DNA of 64,000 nt from the IMG/VR virus record IMGVR_UViG_3300037466_002980, positions 96,001 through 160,000 of that record; one strand, given 5' to 3'. Source of the stretch: a virus. Lineage: Duplodnaviria; Heunggongvirae; Uroviricota; Caudoviricetes. This document shows positions 47,208 through 56,284 of the stretch, one piece after another; the stretch's first letter is position 1, and each line of letters begins with the position of its first letter. Made by a program: the position numbers and the translations under genes. The notes beneath the pieces were generated by a model. It did no database searches, had not been told where the DNA came from, and saw only the letters and a list, made by a program, of their open reading frames with translations.

Positions 47208-47771
47208 TTATAGACTTGCGGTATAGCTTACGTTTAATGTATCACCAGATGTAACCGATTTAGATGCAGCAAAATCTCCTGCGGAATAAAGAACCGCACC
47301 AGTTGCTGCTGTATCACCGGCTGTACCTAATGTTGTAGCCGTAGGAGCCATAACCAACATACAACCTGCAACCGTAGCTGTTCCGTTGATCGAAAAAGAT
47401 ACCGCAGACGATGTCGATATCGAGCCACCCGAAGAAGCTGACCATGCTGGTGTTCCTCTGCTTCCTGTGTATGCTGTTACCTCTGACCAACCGGCATGCG
47501 AAGTATAAGTATCGGTTGAAGCTGCTGAACCAGTTCCTTTCAAGCCCATTCTTAGAACGTTAGTTGATGAAGCAGAAGTCATTAAAGTTAAAAGATAGTT
47601 CTTACCTTGTGTTACAACAGTATTCTGAATATCTTCTGACCATTTAATATTTCCATCAGCCCCGATACAGGTAACCGTATAAACACCCTCAGCATTTGCA
47701 GTTTCTATGAAACTACCACTTCCTCTAACCACAGAAGCATCTACCAATTCAAGTGCATTGCATTTTTCCAT
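47208..47771 (-). CDS. Structural protein co-transcribed with giant fibre gene
   Basis: W...IQNTVVTQGKN.LL, LYSAGDF..SKSVTSGDTLNVSY; late motif 47832. Confidence 0.7.
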   Translation of the reverse strand: MEKCNALELVDASVVRGSGSFIETANAEGVYTVTCIGADGNIKWSEDIQNTVVTQGKNYLLTLMTSASSTNVLRMGLKGTGSAASTDTYTSHAGWSEVTAYTGSRGTPAWSASSGGSISTSSAVSFSINGTATVAGCMLVMAPTATTLGTAGDTAATGAVLYSAGDFAASKSVTSGDTLNVSYTASL

Positions 47772-47868
47772 TTATTTTCCCTCGAAAGATTTCTTATAAA
47801 TTCTTGTTTTCATAAGCGAAATTACCATTAGTATTTATCATCATAGGAATATAAAAGATGAGATCAAT

Positions 47869-47895
47869 AAAAAGCCCCTTTAAAAGGGGCTTTTT
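47869..47895 (-). terminator. Terminator after DUF2828 gene
   Basis: AAAAAGCCCCTTT-A-AAAGGGGCTTTTT. Confidence 0.9.
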
Positions 47896-47908
47896 GGAGT
47901 AACTTCTA

Positions 47909-49345
47909 TTAGAAATCGTATCGTTCTATCATGACAGTTTTAAGCATAATGCTTATTGGTGTCATTTCATCACCACCGAGTATCGACTTTACAATACTCG
48001 GACTGAATCCCGATACTAATGCCGCACCAGTCTTATTGTAAGTAACTGGACTATTTCCAGAACGTCCATTAAGATTCCAGAACACAATCTGTGGTGCCTT
48101 ATATCCAGCAGTCGCATAGGACTGTTCGATCATTTCCATGGCACTAACACTCAGGTTAGTTCCACCTGCATGATAATGAGAACCATACACGCTTGGAGTA
48201 CACCCGACAGAAATACAGTTATCAAATTCCATATCCGATAAGATCAATAGCTTTGTTGGCATTTGATCATTTGGCATCTTATTCTTAACAGCGGTATCAA
48301 GAATTAACCTAAACACAGCCTGAATATCGGTATTCATGCCCCAATCAGCTCTCTGCATCTGATTATATCTATCCTGTAAAGATCCTGTTGTCTTTACAAT
48401 AGAAGGCTTACCACTAAAGGTAACAAACGAATCCTTAAAGATTCCGCCCATACGTTCCGATGTATAAAGTCCTAAAGAAATTGCGACATCCATTGCTGTC
48501 ACAGATCCCGATACCTTAACACTAGACATAGAACCAGAAACGTCAACTACCGATAAGATGTTTTCATTAGAACCTTCTAGATAGTTTGGCAATGCCTTCC
48601 ATTGTTCATTTGCAACCGTAGTATCACCATTCACTAAGGAACGAATAACATCATACGGATATGCAACCGAAGCGTTAACCTTTGCATCACCAGAGACTAA
48701 TTTTGCCTTATAGGCAGAATAACCAGTTGCATCATGTTTTGTGAAGGCTTTCTGATAACGTGCAGCGGCAATCGAAGGAACATGTTCATAGTTGATGTTG
48801 CTCCAATCGTTTGCACACATTTTCTGTTCAACAGTATTCGAAAGTCCAACGAGAAGCTTACGGAAGCTCTTTGGAGAATACTTCATATAAGAACGAATCT
48901 TACCTGCGATTGCGCCCTGTCTTGGCATCCATTTTGCACATAAACCATCTTTTGCATTCAATGCTGATACGATCATATGCAGAGCATCATTTTCAAGAGA
49001 TGTACCGAAGGCAATTAAAACATCGTCCCAACGTCCAATTTCGGGAATCTTCACTAGAACCTTAGATGCCAAGGTAGCATCAGTTCTGATCAGATAACCA
49101 AAGAGATCACGGAAAGTTTTTCTTTCACCGCTTCCACCACGGGCATCACGAGTCCACTGTAGGATACGCACAGCAACTTCGGAATCTTCCATTAATGCAC
49201 CCGCGAAGGTGTTGGTAATATCCTTATCACGGCTTGCACCAGCAAGGAAGAAAAGATCGACGTTCTTGTTCAAAGAGGTCGCATTGGTAACAGCACCGTT
49301 AGAGGTAACTGCAGAAGCATTTGTTGTTTCAAATAATGTGGTCAT
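47909..49345 (-). CDS. DUF2828 family (TROVE/Ro-like helical + vWA) protein
   Basis: TRDARGGSGER, GRWDD, CAKWMPR, VEQKMC..W..INYEHVPS, vWA MIDAS VDVSGSM, LSDMEFD, VFWNL. Confidence 0.85.
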   Translation of the reverse strand: MTTLFETTNASAVTSNGAVTNATSLNKNVDLFFLAGASRDKDITNTFAGALMEDSEVAVRILQWTRDARGGSGERKTFRDLFGYLIRTDATLASKVLVKIPEIGRWDDVLIAFGTSLENDALHMIVSALNAKDGLCAKWMPRQGAIAGKIRSYMKYSPKSFRKLLVGLSNTVEQKMCANDWSNINYEHVPSIAAARYQKAFTKHDATGYSAYKAKLVSGDAKVNASVAYPYDVIRSLVNGDTTVANEQWKALPNYLEGSNENILSVVDVSGSMSSVKVSGSVTAMDVAISLGLYTSERMGGIFKDSFVTFSGKPSIVKTTGSLQDRYNQMQRADWGMNTDIQAVFRLILDTAVKNKMPNDQMPTKLLILSDMEFDNCISVGCTPSVYGSHYHAGGTNLSVSAMEMIEQSYATAGYKAPQIVFWNLNGRSGNSPVTYNKTGAALVSGFSPSIVKSILGGDEMTPISIMLKTVMIERYDF

Positions 49346-49358
49346 TTTTATTCCTTTC

Positions 49359-49508
49359 AGAATCAGATTGGTTTTATGCTAAAATTATGCGGAAATGATT
49401 CTTTAAAATCTATCAGATTAGCTTTTGAACAAATTTTACTTCCTCATTCATGAAGGATTTCCTGGAAAAACCAGGAGAGTCTGATTTATGGATTGCTGTA
49501 ACTAATCT
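49359..49508 (-). ncRNA. Two stem-closed RNA elements in DUF2828 leader
   Basis: AGATTAGT-TACAGCAA...GCTAATCT and AGAATCA-TTTCCGCA...TGATTCT, after TTGACA-N17-TACACT (49518-49546). Confidence 0.5.
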
Positions 49509-49562
49509 TAATAATTAAGTGTAACATTTTCAATGAAACCTGTCAAGAGGACTTTACAGGTT

Positions 49563-50381
49563 TTAATAAGAACCTATTACTGTTTTTCCAGTAAGGTTTT
49601 CTTGATATTTTATTTCTCTTTCGAGAAAATCGACTGCACGTTTCATTAATCTCTTATAATCCTTAGATTTTTCTTTCTCGGGAAAAAGATTAGAAATTCT
49701 ATTAATTTCAAGCTGATGTTTTAATTTATCGAATATTGATCTTTTATCAATTTTTTCTTGATCTTGAAATTCTTTCTTAATAATAGGTACCATTCCATAT
49801 AATGCTTGAACAAATCTAGCATTTATTTCGGATGGTTGAGCAAGATATTCATTGTTATCGAAATACGAAGTATTTGTTTCGCTTCGTTTAGATTGTTTCG
49901 GTGTAGAGTATCTCTTACTTGCATTTGCTTTGAAATTAGATTTAAAATCATCCAAAGCATGTCTTAATTCGTGGGCAATAATGGTACTTAAAAGTTTTGT
50001 TCCGATGTAATCTTTATTTAACACCATTGTTTTACTATCAGAGAACCAAAATCCCATAATATCTTTATTTCCGGGAAGTGTAATAGCCTCTGCCTCATGA
50101 TTTTTTTGGTATTGTCTAATACCGTAATCGGATTGAACTTGAATGTTAATAGGATTTAAAATATATAATGGAGTATCAAAAAGTTCTCCAATAGTACCAA
50201 TTTCTTCAGGAGCATCATAATCTCCTTCAAAATCAAATTCATCGTCTGGTTCAATTTCATCATCTGTCCAAAATTCATTTAGATCCATCTTTGAAAGATA
50301 GTGAGCTATTTCTCGGGCAAGAGAAATAATTGCTCTGTCTTCGTTTACTGATTCTGAAACAAATAATTCAATTAAATGCAT
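49563..50381 (-). CDS. HEXXH metallopeptidase-like late protein
   Basis: IIAHELRHALD, YLAQPSEINAR; MHLIELF..E N-terminus. Confidence 0.7.
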   Translation of the reverse strand: MHLIELFVSESVNEDRAIISLAREIAHYLSKMDLNEFWTDDEIEPDDEFDFEGDYDAPEEIGTIGELFDTPLYILNPINIQVQSDYGIRQYQKNHEAEAITLPGNKDIMGFWFSDSKTMVLNKDYIGTKLLSTIIAHELRHALDDFKSNFKANASKRYSTPKQSKRSETNTSYFDNNEYLAQPSEINARFVQALYGMVPIIKKEFQDQEKIDKRSIFDKLKHQLEINRISNLFPEKEKSKDYKRLMKRAVDFLEREIKYQENLTGKTVIGSY

Positions 50382-50382
50382 C

Positions 50383-50985
50383 TTAACCCCAGACTAGATC
50401 TGCACCATTTTTTTGACACCAATCACATAATTTTAAAAGACTATCTATATAACGGTCAACTTGCGAATTCGTTCTTCCACCTACATACATCTTGCCACTA
50501 CGCCCAATTTTATCCATTCCATTGTCGTCTTTATATCTTCTCATTTCTCCACCAAATTCTTGTGGATCAGCGAGTAATGAATTGTTATTGTTTTTCAATT
50601 TTATCAGTTTTCGACGTAATTCTGGAAGCTGACTATTAGGAACTGATCCGACTAATTCTGATGAATCTAATCCTAATGCATTTAGAATTGCCACTGCATT
50701 CATATTTGTGACATTTAATTCTGGATAATCAGAAACCCATGTCTTATTGGTTTTCTTACCATCGCACATTCTGCAAACCCAATCTTGGGCAGGATAATGT
50801 TTTCCTTCATAGTCATATGCATCACTATGTTCCATTCCTGTACCATTACATATATCGCATGGTTCGTCCACGTAACGACCCCATTCCATTCCGGAATAAA
50901 GTCCATCTGGATAATTCGGATCATCTTTAATTAATTTCGCAGCACCGAAATCAACAGATTCGTTTAGAATTTCACTAAGCCTCAT
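50383..50985 (-). CDS. Late protein with DnaJ-type Zn motifs
   Basis: CDICNGTG, CRMCDGK; start MRLSEILNE after GGAG; late motif 51003. Confidence 0.7.
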   Translation of the reverse strand: MRLSEILNESVDFGAAKLIKDDPNYPDGLYSGMEWGRYVDEPCDICNGTGMEHSDAYDYEGKHYPAQDWVCRMCDGKKTNKTWVSDYPELNVTNMNAVAILNALGLDSSELVGSVPNSQLPELRRKLIKLKNNNNSLLADPQEFGGEMRRYKDDNGMDKIGRSGKMYVGGRTNSQVDRYIDSLLKLCDWCQKNGADLVWG

Positions 50986-51022
50986 AGCATCTCCGATTAT
51001 GCTATTTATCAAAAAACTAGTG

Positions 51023-52108
51023 TTATTCCTCTTCGGATAGAAGCATTGAGTTAGAGATTACCTTGAAACTAAATTGATCAGTCCAATCCTTGAAGATAAC
51101 ACCTTCTCTTATTACTCCGGGATTATAACCTTGTCCGTCAGCAAAAAATAATAATTGATTTATATTTTCTATTCCTAAGTCATCCATAGAAACATTTTTA
51201 AAAAGAATAGGAATATGTGAAATAATATTTCTATCAATACCTAAAGACATTATTTCTTCAAATATTTCATATCTTTGTTCGGGCGTAAAATATCTATGGT
51301 TATCCATATCGTAGATATCGAAAACAAACAGTTTATGCGAATCAAATCGTTCTCGATTCTGTTCTATGCCCGGGCCTACGAGTTCGCCTTGCACGGCGAT
51401 ATTTTTGCCATATTTAATTAAAGCTTCACGTAGATTACTGTCTATATATGTACGAACAAATTTGTTTTGTTGCGTTTTTTCATTAATTTCTACCTGCCAA
51501 CGTCGTGTGCAAACACCTTCTTCTCCGTTGAAGTAAAAACTAGTGAAAGAAGAACCGTCCATCTTTAGACTAACTTCATATCTAGCATTTTTCTTAAAAT
51601 CAAAGATATATTTATTTAAATTTTGGCAACGTTCCTGAGTAGTCTTTGGAATGAAATTGGGTAATGTACCTGTTACCTGTCCTTCTAATTCTGCCGGGAC
51701 AGGTTTTTCGTATTTCTTAACTTTCAATAAGTCAGTTAGATCACTTCCAGGAAAGAAAAATTCACAAAGCTCTTGCCCTTCATCCTCATCGGAATCAATA
51801 AAATCATCAATAAATAAACCAATTGGAAGTGCAAAACCTTGACTTAATTGTCCACGTAAACGAATTGTTTTTATTCTATATCCTTGTTCGCCTTGAAAGG
51901 TACGAAGACAATTTTTTCTTAGTCTTTCAAATTCAGGTCGTATTGGAAGAAAACTATCAATTTCAAAGAAGGCACATAAATCACCTACCTTAAATTCTCC
52001 AACATTAACAACAACTTGCCAACCATCAATAATAGCCAAACAAATTTTATCAGCACCTTCAATAGGCCGAATATCAGAAATTGTTCGAACTGTTGCTAAT
52101 TTTCTCAT
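51023..52108 (-). CDS. RNA ligase (Rnl2/DRB0094-type with N-terminal OB fold)
   Basis: RKLATVRTI, LRGQLSQG, motif I KMDGSS, VQGELVGPGI, REGVIFK, SFKVISN. Confidence 0.92.
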   Translation of the reverse strand: MRKLATVRTISDIRPIEGADKICLAIIDGWQVVVNVGEFKVGDLCAFFEIDSFLPIRPEFERLRKNCLRTFQGEQGYRIKTIRLRGQLSQGFALPIGLFIDDFIDSDEDEGQELCEFFFPGSDLTDLLKVKKYEKPVPAELEGQVTGTLPNFIPKTTQERCQNLNKYIFDFKKNARYEVSLKMDGSSFTSFYFNGEEGVCTRRWQVEINEKTQQNKFVRTYIDSNLREALIKYGKNIAVQGELVGPGIEQNRERFDSHKLFVFDIYDMDNHRYFTPEQRYEIFEEIMSLGIDRNIISHIPILFKNVSMDDLGIENINQLLFFADGQGYNPGVIREGVIFKDWTDQFSFKVISNSMLLSEEE

Positions 52109-52109
52109 T

Positions 52110-52538
52110 TTATAACCTATTTTTTAAGTATTCTTCGTCTTCAGGATATTTTGGATTATGTGCTGTAGCATTCATAGTAGAATATGGAAATTTTAATTTA
52201 AATGATAATAAATCTTCTTCGTTTTCAAATGCAAACATAATCCATCGATTATCGACTTCGTAACTTTTACTCCAGTCACTTTCTTCGCCATAAAATTTTC
52301 TATAATCCTTGCGAACTAATTCATAAAAGACAGTACCAGAAGACATTTCTTCGATATATTTTCTAATTTCAATTCTTCTTGAATTATTAATATTTTCATC
52401 ATGAATATAAAGTATAAAAGGAAAATCATCTGAAGGCCATTTAAATACATATCGTTGCCTTGTACCGCTCCAATATGCATCTTTAAAATACCATTGCGGA
52501 TCGATTTTATCTTCGTCGAGTGAAAGTAATTTTCCCAT
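52110..52538 (-). CDS. Hypothetical protein
   Basis: FAFENEEDLLSFKLKF motif. Confidence 0.65.
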   Translation of the reverse strand: MGKLLSLDEDKIDPQWYFKDAYWSGTRQRYVFKWPSDDFPFILYIHDENINNSRRIEIRKYIEEMSSGTVFYELVRKDYRKFYGEESDWSKSYEVDNRWIMFAFENEEDLLSFKLKFPYSTMNATAHNPKYPEDEEYLKNRL

Positions 52539-52556
52539 ATGATATAGTATAAAAGA

Positions 52557-52586
52557 AAATACCGCTTAGAGTCAAGCGGTATTTTT
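52557..52586 (-). terminator. Terminator overlapping next -35 box
   Basis: AAAATACCGCTT-GACTCT-AAGCGGTATTTT; contains TTGACT-N18-TATACT. Confidence 0.8.
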
Positions 52587-52602
52587 AGATTAAGAATTGA
52601 TC

Positions 52603-53535
52603 TTACTTAGTTTTCTTTACCGTAGTAGCCGGTAATTCGTAATAGGACCATTTTCCAGTATTATCTGCATTCACAGAAGCCCATTTCTTATGATAGCCGG
52701 TGGTTTCTTGAAGTGTAACAAGATTATTCTTGAAACAACCTCTCAGTTCTGCCAAGGCTTGAGCATACTTTTCCGACTTATAGGCACGTGTCACAAACAA
52801 TGCTTCGGTTGCAATAGTCGGAACACCCGATCCGCCCATTCCAAGGTTTGAATAATTCAGTTTAGCCGGAACATAAACACTCTTCAATTTCGAAACAAGA
52901 GCATCCGAGAAAGGAAGCAATTTGTAGGTCTTTGGAAGTGATTTTACTTCGTCCATGGGTTGTCCGCCAACCATTAAGAATGCAGCGACTTCACCCGAAT
53001 TAAGTTTCTTCTGTGCATCAGCAAAATCATTCACTTCGACAATCTGGAAATTAATTTCACTTTGAAGACGAATAAATTGTGCTGTAACAATCGATCCTCC
53101 CCATGCGGCTACCTTCTGACCAGCGAGATCAGCAAAAGTATTAAATTCCATTGATTTAGAACCAATACCCATCATGCCACCCGTCTTAATTGGACTAACA
53201 ACTTCAGTTACCACATGGACTTCTTCGGGGTATAGTGAAAATAAAGTTTTAATTCCGCCGAGATCTTCATTTCGTGCTCTATAGAAAAGAACATCAGTTT
53301 GAACGATAACAGCATTAACTTCGTTACCTAACAATTTATCCATGTTATCAACAGATCCTTTTGAGGGGACTTCAATCTGCATGATTTGATCTTTGCAGAC
53401 TTGTTGAAATTCAGTGAACATCCTGTGGTAATTTCCTTTCGGTCCACCAGTAGCAACTCGCAATTGAGTTTGTGCCATTGCCGTGGATGCCGCAAGCAAT
53501 GCGCCAATTAGGGCAACCTTAATCAAATTTTTCAT
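52603..53535 (-). CDS. TAXI-family (TRAP) periplasmic solute-binding protein
   Basis: Signal peptide, VATGGPKGNY, SKGSVDN, IVQTDV, LYPEEVHVV. Confidence 0.85.
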   Translation of the reverse strand: MKNLIKVALIGALLAASTAMAQTQLRVATGGPKGNYHRMFTEFQQVCKDQIMQIEVPSKGSVDNMDKLLGNEVNAVIVQTDVLFYRARNEDLGGIKTLFSLYPEEVHVVTEVVSPIKTGGMMGIGSKSMEFNTFADLAGQKVAAWGGSIVTAQFIRLQSEINFQIVEVNDFADAQKKLNSGEVAAFLMVGGQPMDEVKSLPKTYKLLPFSDALVSKLKSVYVPAKLNYSNLGMGGSGVPTIATEALFVTRAYKSEKYAQALAELRGCFKNNLVTLQETTGYHKKWASVNADNTGKWSYYELPATTVKKTK

Positions 53536-53558
53536 GTGTGTCTCTCTTTCAAAAAAGT

Positions 53559-53720
53559 TTACTGGATTTTTAGGTTCTTCAAATCATTATCAGAAGAATT
53601 AGACGGAACTGTCTGATTATCTTGTGATACCTGAGATGTATGTTGAACGTTTCCAGTTAGAACGAACAACACTAACAGAATTGCTAGAACAAAAATTGTT
53701 CCGATAATTCTATATTTCAT
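53559..53720 (-). CDS. 53-aa single-TM peptide
   Basis: MKYRIIGTIFVLAILLVLFVL...; fills operon gap. Confidence 0.65.
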   Translation of the reverse strand: MKYRIIGTIFVLAILLVLFVLTGNVQHTSQVSQDNQTVPSNSSDNDLKNLKIQ

Positions 53721-53721
53721 T

Positions 53722-54531
53722 TTAGTTTCTCACTTTCTGACTTTCTTTAACCGGAACATCCAATATAACCGGTTCACTAGTTTTTAATTGTGCCATAGTT
53801 GCACTCGTATTGTCAGCCGAATTCACATCGATTGCGGCAGCAACTTCTAATTGAGCGAATGCCGTGTTCATTGATTCAAATACCGCATCGCAGGCAGTAT
53901 CGGCTTTCAGCTTTTCCCATATATCGCCGGTGTCCATTCCAGCGGCTCTGTTTAATTCCATTGCATCTTTGGACATCTCCCAATACGCTTTCATTTCCTC
54001 GAGCTTAGAATTACCTTCGTCAAGTGATTGTTTCGCTTCCTGTAAGGCCTTCTTTTTCTGTTCAACAAGAGCAGCCATTCTCTCATATTGTTTCTGAAAT
54101 TCCAATGCCCTAGAAGGATACTTTAGAGCAAATTTTTCAATCTTACCCTTAAATGTGTCCCTTGCTGCGGCGGCATTTTCAACACTAGTTTTAAACTCTT
54201 GAAATGCTTTGTTCTTAGAAATAAGAAGATTGGTAAGTGTCTCAATGGGGTTCTGTGCAGCGGCCTGTGTTACCTTCTTAATATGATCTGTCTTTTCAGT
54301 TTCAATTAATCGATAACGTAAATTTGACATTTTTAGTGCAAACCAGGGAGCTAATTGAATTAAAGTGAAACCGATTGCGGCAGCAACACCTAATCCTATT
54401 AATCCACCGATTGCAACCATAACAAATGGTGCAACAATTAAACCAACTAAGGCAGCACCACCAACCATGATATACTTTTTCATCCTGTCACGTTTGTCAA
54501 TTAACTCCTGTGATGTTTGTTGCAAATCCAT
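53722..54531 (-). CDS. Membrane-anchored coiled-coil protein (PspA-like)
   Basis: Two N-terminal TM helices, NPIETL then long coiled coil. Confidence 0.65.
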   Translation of the reverse strand: MDLQQTSQELIDKRDRMKKYIMVGGAALVGLIVAPFVMVAIGGLIGLGVAAAIGFTLIQLAPWFALKMSNLRYRLIETEKTDHIKKVTQAAAQNPIETLTNLLISKNKAFQEFKTSVENAAAARDTFKGKIEKFALKYPSRALEFQKQYERMAALVEQKKKALQEAKQSLDEGNSKLEEMKAYWEMSKDAMELNRAAGMDTGDIWEKLKADTACDAVFESMNTAFAQLEVAAAIDVNSADNTSATMAQLKTSEPVILDVPVKESQKVRN

Positions 54532-54544
54532 ATAATCCTTTCTA

Positions 54545-54934
54545 TTAGAATAGAGGTAAATTTCCCGTAATCAAATCAATTTTGTCGGAATTATCGGGAC
54601 CAATTCCAACAGCAGTTAATGTCGGTTCTGAAAATTCAGTTAATCCAGCATCCTTGATAAGACAACAAGGAAGACCGGCACTTTTTGCATTATTATATAT
54701 GTCAATAAGTTCTTGGTCTGTTTTAACATAAACGGTTACTTTTTTAAACCTACCAACAATCCATTCTCTTATAAATTCATTAGATAAATCAATTATAAGT
54801 TTATCTTCGTTAATTTGGGCTATAGAAAACAAAGCTCCAACAGCGGCGTGAGCCGCTTGGGAACAATATTTTCCAGTTCTAAGGTGTCTCTCCTTAGGAA
54901 ACTGTTTCATTACAATGACCTGTTTAGAAGACAT
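54545..54934 (-). CDS. pth2: Peptidyl-tRNA hydrolase Pth2
   Basis: KQVIV, GK..SQAAHA, KKVTV, IKDAGLTEF, TAVGIGP, ITGNLPL. Confidence 0.92.
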   Translation of the reverse strand: MSSKQVIVMKQFPKERHLRTGKYCSQAAHAAVGALFSIAQINEDKLIIDLSNEFIREWIVGRFKKVTVYVKTDQELIDIYNNAKSAGLPCCLIKDAGLTEFSEPTLTAVGIGPDNSDKIDLITGNLPLF

Positions 54935-55299
54935 TAATTTGAGAAGCTTTTATAAAGAGCACTGGCAGTTACAAAACCAGGCTTCCAATTCCATTCGTCA
55001 AGCACAAGTTGATTGAATAATTGTTCATCAATTTCGAGTGTATCATCAATAGAATGTTCGAGCATGCTGATAGCCTTGGTGTAGCTATCCTCGTGCGAAG
55101 TTGGTGCTGTAGGCACATATTTCATGGTTTTAAATTTTTCAAGATCGGCTGTTTTTGCGATTTTGAAATTTTCTTGTGTAATTTTAAGAACTGCTTCTTT
55201 ATAATCGTTTATGGATTCTTGAAAATCTTTGATATGCTTTTCCTTATTATCTTTAACAATCTTAAGGAGTGCCTCGCGCTTCATTGTAATAGGTTTCAT
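54934..55299 (-). CDS. Hypothetical phage protein
   Basis: PTSHEDSY..AISMLE.S, FNQLVLDEWNW. Confidence 0.7.
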   Translation of the reverse strand: MKPITMKREALLKIVKDNKEKHIKDFQESINDYKEAVLKITQENFKIAKTADLEKFKTMKYVPTAPTSHEDSYTKAISMLEHSIDDTLEIDEQLFNQLVLDEWNWKPGFVTASALYKSFSN

Positions 55300-55314
55300 T
55301 TGTATTCCTTTCTA

Positions 55315-55405
55315 TGGAGGGAAGCACCCTAATCGAAAGGGATCCTATTCTCATAGAATCGGCTTATTTCCAATAAGTGATAGACACCAGTCTACTATAC
55401 TTCCC
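55315..55405 (-). tRNA. 8/4-type tRNA-Ser(GGA)
   Basis: 8-bp acceptor GGGAAGTA/TGCTTCCC, 4-bp T stem CCCT/AGGG, loop TTGGAAA, long variable arm, U73-CCA. Confidence 0.8.
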
Positions 55406-55436
55406 AGACCTATTTTACAATATAATTAATTATGCG

Positions 55437-56039
55437 TCAAGATAATTTTTTGATATCTGGTGATACATGAAATGCGATATCGCGAAGAATTGTTATTAAT
55501 GATAACATTTCTTCATCGGTTGGTTGCTTTGTTAATAAAATTGTAACCGTTCCATCAAATCCACCATATGATGGCGGAACAGCAACACCACAAGCATAAA
55601 CAACCTTATTACCGACTTCGGGAACATATTTGGAACTAATCACTTCGTTCCATGGTGAACAATCGGTTTCATGATTAATTAATCGAACAATTCGTTGATT
55701 AACTTTATCGTCACCTAAATCAAATAATGGTTCCTCGTCACTAATACTTCTATACTTGTTATATTCCTCAAATACTCTATTTACATCCTTGTCAGTTATA
55801 TATCTATAAATGACACGCTGACTATTTTTCTGAATATCTGTTGTGGTTATAACAATACCAACAAAATTAGGAATACGCTGAACATTTCTAGAAATCTGCA
55901 TCTGAGTTTCTTTCTTTATTCCAGTTGATGGTTCTTTTAGATGAAGATAAGAATAGGCCAACGAACTAACCGAAAATAATATTGATGCGATAATTAATAG
56001 ACCAAAAATGTATGTTTGTGATTTACTTGTCATGGTCAC
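55437..56039 (-). CDS. Single-TM protein with GAF-like periplasmic domain (T4 holin T-like), paralog B
   Basis: TM then ACGVAVPPSYGGFDGTVTILL, similar to 56281 ORF. Confidence 0.55.
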   Translation of the reverse strand: MTMTSKSQTYIFGLLIIASILFSVSSLAYSYLHLKEPSTGIKKETQMQISRNVQRIPNFVGIVITTTDIQKNSQRVIYRYITDKDVNRVFEEYNKYRSISDEEPLFDLGDDKVNQRIVRLINHETDCSPWNEVISSKYVPEVGNKVVYACGVAVPPSYGGFDGTVTILLTKQPTDEEMLSLITILRDIAFHVSPDIKKLS

Positions 56040-56284
56040 CCCAGTAGTTTGGCAATCAAGATATATTCTTCCACCATCTGAATATCTTCATTGATTTTGA
56101 TAAGGATTTTATCAGTACTATGTTTCTTTCCACATCTAAGATTTACCTCTTCCCTAGAGAGCTCTGTTATTTCTTTTCTGATATTATCTATCATTTTAAT
56201 AATATCACGGCCGTGAGAAAGCCCCCTTGTTCGGGACTTCAAAGACTGTTCTAATCTACTCCACTCTAGACTATTTTTAATCAT
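56036..56284 (-). CDS. Hypothetical protein
   Basis: 82-aa helical ORF coupled by ATGA. Confidence 0.65.
   Translation of the reverse strand: MIKNSLEWSRLEQSLKSRTRGLSHGRDIIKMIDNIRKEITELSREEVNLRCGKKHSTDKILIKINEDIQMVEEYILIAKLLG

Noticed and set aside
39342-47771. Diversity-generating retroelement acting on the fibre gene
   Set aside because: No reverse transcriptase in the window and no TR/VR pair with adenine-specific differences seen
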